DNA from: Octopus vulgaris
Lineage: Eukaryota
Assembly: GCA_951406725.2 (NCBI GenBank)
Contig: OX597824.1
Coordinates: 29,450,001-29,514,000, forward strand
Direction: 5' to 3'
DNA: 64,000 nucleotides
Positions 58,033 through 64,000 of this stretch are shown in pieces. The notes beneath the pieces are model-generated. The model did not search any database. It saw only the letters and a list, made by a program, of their open reading frames with translations, and was not told where the DNA came from. How positions within the stretch are numbered: the first letter of the stretch is position 1; every line of letters starts with the position of its first letter. A program made the translations under genes and the position numbers.

Positions 58033-58490
58033 TCAACAGAGTACTGCTTTTTGGTTTACCGTAAGGTTTGTTGTTATTATTATTTCTGTTTAACTATTGT
58101 TATCACGTTTGTTGGTTCCTCGTAAGGGAAGCATTGTTGTGTTGCATTTGTTAAATAATTGTAAACCCTAACCCTCCCCTTTTGGGAGAAGGACCTTTGG
58201 TTATTGTTTAAACATTGAATTGTGTCCCTGTTTGGGGTAATTGACAATATTTTCACCGTTTACACGGAAGTATTTTTGTTAGAATGTCTTCGATGGAAGA
58301 AAGTCCAAAAATGAATTTCGCTGCAGCCGTCGGATTGTAGCCACACTTCTTTACAAGCGGGAGGACAAATAACAATTGATCGAAATTACAAGAGACGGGC
58401 TAACAATTCCAGTCTGTTATATATTTTGAGTATTGTTATCACTAGCGATATCAAGATATAACTTTGTATTTTGTATTTTATGTGTAGATG
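58033..58490 (+). mobile_element. Putative short non-autonomous derivative of a related Tx1 element
   Basis: Starts with a 13/16 match to the 16-mer, has a hairpin-rich leader, a micro-ORF MSSMEESPKMNFAAAVGL* (58284-58340) resembling the ORF1 N-terminus, and a T-rich end resembling the Tx1 3' UTR. Confidence 0.5.
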
Positions 58491-58581
58491 TATATATATA
58501 CAATTGCAGCGTGGAAGGTGTTTATAAGCCATTTAAGAAACACGCAAAAGCCGTTCGATTCACTTCAACATTTAAGTTTAA

Positions 58582-58631
58582 TTTGTCAAAATATTTTCGT
58601 CGCTAAAATCCGCGACCTGTTCACTGACAAA
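58582..58631 (-). ncRNA. Minimal type I hammerhead motif, G3-C8 variant (left arm)
   Basis: Reverse complement of 58703-58752. Confidence 0.7.
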
Positions 58632-58702
58632 AATCCGTGCTGCATCCGATGCAGTGTGTGTGTGTGTGTGTCTGTGTGCTACTGGTAGATGCAGCACGGA
58701 TT

Positions 58703-58752
58703 TTTGTCAGTGAACAGGTCGCGGATTTTAGCGACGAAAATATTTTGACAAA
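58703..58752 (+). ncRNA. Minimal type I hammerhead motif, G3-C8 variant (right arm)
   Basis: TTTGTCA-GTGAACA-G-GTCGC GGATTTTA GCGAC-GAAA-ATAT-TT-TGACAAA. Confidence 0.7.
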
Positions 58753-58957
58753 TTAAACTTAAATGTTGAAGTGAATCGAACGGCTTTTGTGTGTTTCTTA
58801 AATGGCTTACAAACACCTTCCACGCTGCAATTGTTTTCGTTTCAGCACACGATCTCAGATCAAATTACTTGCTATGCGAGTACATCTCTGTATATATATA
58901 GATGTACATGTAATATGTACACATATATATACACATATATACATGCACAAGCACTAT

Positions 58958-58985
58958 GACCCGGCAACGACGGGTCTTTAATGCT

Positions 58986-58987
<2 letters not shown>
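58958..58987 (+). mobile_element. Helitron-type 3' terminus
   Basis: Hairpin GACCCG-GCAACGA-CGGGTC, followed 7 nt later by CTGG|T. Confidence 0.65.
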
Positions 58988-59028
<41 letters not shown>

Positions 59029-59614
59029 AGATATAGATAGATAGATAGATAGATATTGCATAAGCAGGTCTATAATCAACATCATTCCAATGGTGACCAT
59101 TCCAATTACTGAAACATCCAAGAATATTTCCACTCTTTTTCATTTCTATTCTTTCCACGTGTCTTCAATCCAATTCTTCCAACTTCCTATTCTCCTTATC
59201 TATTTATTTTTCAATTTACTATATTTATTTATTCTTTTATTTCTACATTTCGTATCGTATTCTTGCAGTCATTTAGCTTAATTTACTCAGCTTTTTACCA
59301 AACCCCACCATTTATTTATTAACCTTTTCCAATTTTTTTTTTATCATATGTGAACAATGGCGTATATCTGCAGCCCATGTGAAAACCATATCAGCTCATG
59401 TGAAACCTATCCGTTAGTTTGTCTATTTTCATATGGGGTGGAGTATCCCCCTTAATGCTCCTTACCTCCAAAACACTAATGTCTTATTTGTTTATTTCCT
59501 TTAAATCAACCCAATACACTCACCTAAACTAAACGCCCTGCCTATACTACATACATACGTCTAGGCACATACACCTATCACATACATATATATACATACA
59601 TAATTATATATAAG

Positions 59615-59646
<32 letters not shown>

Positions 59647-60016
59647 TGTATATATGTATAAATGTATGTATGTATATACGTATGTATGTATGCTCTTGTG
59701 TGTATAACCTTCAACCGTATGTTGGTTTTTAAATATTCTGAGAATGACACTTTGGCTAATTGTTCCATTCACATATTGCGGAGTGTTTTCTTAAGCAAAC
59801 TATTTTTGTCTATTATACAAGCGCCTTTGCGCATATGCGTATGTGTTTACCTCTCTTTCTATATGTGTGCGCGCGTGTATATTTGTCTGTGTGTGTGTGC
59901 GTGAGAGTTTGTATACGTGTGTGTGTGTACATGTTTGAGTATACATGTGTGTCTTATTATTATTGCTATTGTTGTTGTTGTTATTGATGTTATTATTATT
60001 ATTATTATTATTATTA

Positions 60017-60047
<31 letters not shown>

Positions 60048-60052
60048 CATTA

Positions 60053-60098
<46 letters not shown>

Positions 60099-60106
60099 CA
60101 TTATTA

Positions 60107-60137
<31 letters not shown>

Positions 60138-60420
60138 GGACTTATTGCCTTCTGAAAGTCTCAAAAGACTTTCAAAGTGCTGCGATTGTATCAACACACT
60201 CTTAAGTTGGATTGTGTAATAGAGATAACTAAACGACAAAATTGTATCTACCAGTAGCACACAGACACACACACACATATACATTATAAGGACAAGTTTA
60301 AATTGGTAATATATGTTAAAATTATAATCGCCAATTTCACACAGGAAGTCCAAACCGTCGGTTAATGGACATGGTTCTTTCGTGCCTGAGATTGTTTCTT
60401 ATGATATGTAATATCATATA

Positions 60421-60584
60421 GGCGTAGGACTGGCTGTATAGTAAGTAGCTGGCTTACCAAGTACATGGTTCAGTCCTACTGCGTGGCACCTTGGGCAAGT
60501 GTCTTCTGCTATAGCCCCGGGCCGACCAAAGCCTTGTGAGTGGATTTGGTAGACGAAAACTGAAAGAAGCCCGTTGTACATATG

Positions 60585-60620
<36 letters not shown>

Positions 60621-60828
60621 AATGTGTTTGTGTGTCTGTGTTTGTCCCCCAACATCGCTTCACAACAGATGGTGGTGTGTTTACGTCTCTGTAACTTAGC
60701 GGTTCGGTAAAAGAGACTGATAGAATAAGTACTAGGCTTACAAAGAATAAGCCCTGGGGTCGATTTGCTTGACTAAAGGTGGTGCTCCAGCCTGGCCACA
60801 GTCATATGACTGAAACGAGTAAAAGAGT
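60421..60828 (+). mobile_element. Full-length CORE-like tRNA SINE
   Basis: Head, CACCTTGGGCAAGT core, internal (TA)n, tail GACTGAAACGAGTAAAAGAG. Confidence 0.88.
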
Positions 60829-62004
60829 ATATATATATATATACTGCATAAAAGATCGTCATTGTTAAATACGTATTTCTGCATTAGTGGGCTTCATCAA
60901 TTGCATGTTATCACTGACCTTTGTTTCTGTTTTTTTTTTCTCACTAATTTCCTTACTGCACCAATAGTTTATCTCGTTTCAGCGTTTTCAACTTCGCTCT
61001 AGATCTTTTCTCCGTTTTGTTTCGGTCATTTCTTGGTCATGTTCCCAGATTTCTTCGTATGTTCTTTTCACATTCTCTTCTTGACCTGTTCTCGGTATTT
61101 TGTAGGTTTTCCTTGGTCTCTTGAGTTGTTGTTGTTGTTGTTTTTTTTCTATGATCTCCGTCTGATGTTGATATTTGTTCCTTCTTTCTCTTGCATCGGT
61201 GTTGTCGCGGGCAGTCTCGATCTATTTTTTTGTCTGATTTCGATGTCAGTCTTTTCTTGGTCTCAGTCCTTCCTTCGTTGGGTCTCGTCTTATTGTTTTC
61301 TCTGCTCGGTCTTCTATTCTCAGTTTTTCTCGATTTCACCTCGTCTCTTGTTGTTTTGTCGCAATCATTTATTAATTCAGCCTTTGTCTTTTCTCGGTCT
61401 GGTCTTCCTCTCCGTATGTTCTTCGTCTGATTTCGGCATCAGTCTTTCCTTTATCTTCTCTAATTTTTTTCCTTAGTACAGTCTCAGTATTTTGTGAGTT
61501 GATCTCGAACTTCTCTTGGCCTTGCCTCGCAGGTGTCTTCGTCCTTTCCCAGTCTTTTGCTGGATCTCGGTATTTTGTGCATTTGTCTTTGTTTTTTTTG
61601 CGGGGGAAGGGTTGTTTTTTTTTTATTTCTCAGGTCTCATTATTGGTCTCATCTTTATCTCATCTCGGTGTTTTCTAAGTCCGGTATTTATCTTTCCTCG
61701 CTTTCATCTCATTTCATTTCTTTCTTTCCGGTATCGGTCTTTTCTTTATATCAATCTTCTTTTGATCTGTTCTCGATATTTTGTTCGTTTGTACCGGTCT
61801 TTTACTCCTCTACTCTTGATCTGTTCTTGGTCTGGCGTTGGTCTCGATCTGTTCGTCTGGTTTTGAAATCGGTCTTTTTGTGTCTCATCTCGTCGTTTTC
61901 TACGTTTGCTCTTTTTTGTGTTTTCTCAGACTCGTCACAGGTTTTTCTTCCTCTGGTCTCAGAATTTTCTTACTTTTTCTCGATCTATTCTTTCTCTGCA
62001 GTCA

Positions 62005-62416
62005 CTTTACTTTACTTGTTTTTAGTCATTTGACTGCGGCCATGCTGGAGCATCGCCTTTAGTCGAGCAAATCGACCCCGGGACTTATTCTTTGTAAGCC
62101 CAGTACTTAGTCTATCGGTCTCTTTTGCCGAACCGCTAAGTGACGGGGACGTAAACACACCGGCATCGGTTGTCAAGCAATGCTAGAGGGACAAACACAG
62201 ACACACAAACATATACATACACATACATACATACATATATATACATATATACGACAGGCTTCTTTCAGTTTCCGTCTACCAAATCCACTCACAAGGCATT
62301 GGTCGGCCCGAGGCTATAGCAGAAGACACATGTCCAAGGTGCCATGCAGTGGGACTGAACCCAGAACCATGTGTTTGGTAGGCAAGCTACTTACCACACA
62401 GCCACTCCTGCGCCTA
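62005..62416 (-). mobile_element. Full-length CORE-like tRNA SINE
   Basis: Reverse complement of the 60421 family, starting GGCGCAGGAGTGGCTGTGTGGTAAG. Confidence 0.9.
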
Positions 62417-62661
62417 TAGTTGTTGTTTTTTTTTTGTCCTTTTTCTAAGTCTGGTCTTAGTCTCTGAATGTTTTCCGTCTAATTTCGGTTTTGCTCTTTT
62501 CTTCGTCTTATCTCGGTGTTTTCTAAGCAAGTTTCACTCTATTCTGGTTTCGTTGTCAGCTTTTCTTGGTCTTTATTCTTTCTTGCTTTTATTTCAATCA
62601 TGTCTTGCTCTTACTTCGCTGTACGTATTTGCTTGTTTGCTTGTGTCTATATGTGTGTGCT

Positions 62662-63044
62662 GTGGAGGCGCAATGGCCCAGTGGTTAGGGCAGCGGACTC
62701 GCGGTCGTAGGATCGCGGTTTCGATTCCCAGACCGGGCGTTGTGAGTGTTTATTGAGCGAAAACATCTAAAGCTCCACAAGTCTCCGGCAGGGATGATGG
62801 TGATCCCTGTTGTACTCTTTCACCACAACTTTCTCTCACTCTTACTTCCTGTTTCTGTTGTACCTGTATTTCAAAGGGCCGGCCTTGTCACTCTCTGTGT
62901 CACGCTGAATATCCCCGAGAACTACGTTAAGTGTACACTTGTCTGTGGAGTGCTCAGCCACTTACACGTTAATTTCACGAGCAGGCTGTTCCGTTGATCG
63001 GATCAACCGGAACCCTCATCGTCGTAACCGACGGAGTGCTTCCC
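62662..63044 (+). mobile_element. tRNA(Arg)-like-headed SINE with 11-bp TSD
   Basis: GGCGCAATGGCCCAGTGGTTAGGGCAGCGGACTCGCGGTC…GTTTCGATTCCC head; TSD ATGTGTGTGCT at 62651-62661 and 63045-63055. Confidence 0.85.
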
Positions 63045-63305
63045 ATGTGTGTGCTATACCCTCGTGCCTGTCGCCTTGGTCTATTTTCAGTCGTATATTG
63101 GTCTGTTCTCAGGCCAATATGGGTCTTTTCTCTGGTGTTGGTCTTTTCTTCGTCTAACTTCGGTCGCTTTTGTTTAACCCTGCGTCAGTCGTGATTGAAA
63201 TGACTTATAACTGGCGTAACGATGTCAATCCGTGCATAAGTATTTTGTTGTTAAACTCTAAACGAAACATTAACAGATTTTGGTGATGTTATTCACTAGG
63301 TCGAG

Positions 63306-63520
63306 GGCGGCGAACAGGCGGGTTCCTTAGAATATCGGATAAAATGTCCAATGGTATTTCTTTCGACCCCTTAGGTTCTAAGTCCAAATTTTGCCGAGGT
63401 TGACTGCTTTCATCCCTTCGGTCTCGATAAAATGCGTACAAGTCGTGAACCGGGGTCGATGAAATCAACTAACACCTCTCACTAATATTGCCGGCCTTGT
63501 GTCGAAATTAGAAACAGTTA
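63306..63520 (+). mobile_element. Degenerate Meta-domain SINE
   Basis: GGCGGCGAAC…GCCGAGGTTGAC…CTTTCATCCCTTCGG…GGGGTCGATG. Confidence 0.7.
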
Positions 63521-63790
63521 TTTATTTCCTCGTCTGTAGGTTTTGTTCGTCATATTGTAAACAAAATAAAATTCTTAGCATTCATTTTGATTTGGCTTAA
63601 ACTCTTTTGCTTTCTTTACAATGCTGCTACATAAATGAAAGAGGTCACCGTTTCTCTGCAGTTTCGGTTGTACAAGCAACACCTGTGATTATCATTGTTT
63701 TGTTAACCATGCAGATGGGGGGGGGATGTGATATTTCTGTATAAATGTCTGTATGTGTGAGTTTACATAAACATATACATATACATATAA

Positions 63791-63830
<40 letters not shown>

Positions 63831-64000
63831 ACATATACATGCATACACACATGCAAATATACATACCTACACCCTCACAAATTCATACATTCATATATAC
63901 ATATATACATTCATACATACATACATACATACATACATACATACATACAAATGTACATACATGCGTATAATCTGTACAGACAAAATCTTTCTCGTAATTG

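Larger units (their letters stand above)
58500..58834. repeat. 147-bp inverted repeat with a 41-bp (TG)n-containing spacer, probably paired PLE terminal repeats
   Basis: Arms 58500-58646 and 58688-58834; two mismatches seen by eye. Confidence 0.95.

Noticed and set aside
58105-58150. TCCTCGT resembling an HDV-ribozyme L3 loop
   Set aside because: No P1/P2/P3 nested pseudoknot could be built; a simple hairpin explains it
62664-62738. tRNA-Arg-like sequence
   Set aside because: It is a SINE head: the cloverleaf is imperfect and it continues into a SINE body flanked by a TSD

Overview
AT-rich, extremely microsatellite-dense animal genomic DNA. The SINE families look like those of octopus (inference). 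No host protein-coding gene can be supported, and almost all short ORFs in the track are translated microsatellites. The dominant feature is a head-to-tail pair of near-identical 5.26-kb Tx1-clade (L1-group) non-LTR retrotransposons at 47446-57981 (ORF1 with a CCHC knuckle; ORF2 with AP endonuclease, RT and Zn finger). The pair is bounded and separated by three identical copies of the 16-mer TCTACTGAGTACCGCT, which suggests target-specific insertion. Immediately downstream lie an apparent miniature relative of the same element family and a 147-bp inverted repeat carrying two minimal hammerhead ribozyme motifs with a G3-C8 swapped core. The most common SINE in the window has a 3' tail resembling the Tx1 3' end and forms self-nested arrays. 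Other content: a decayed Penelope-like RT with a terminal hammerhead relic, a second hammerhead-bearing repeat, decayed mariner and Tc1 transposons, pogo/Tigger-like MITEs, non-autonomous Helitrons/Helentron, LINE 3' fragments and many tRNA-derived SINEs. Boundaries of degenerate repeats are approximate.
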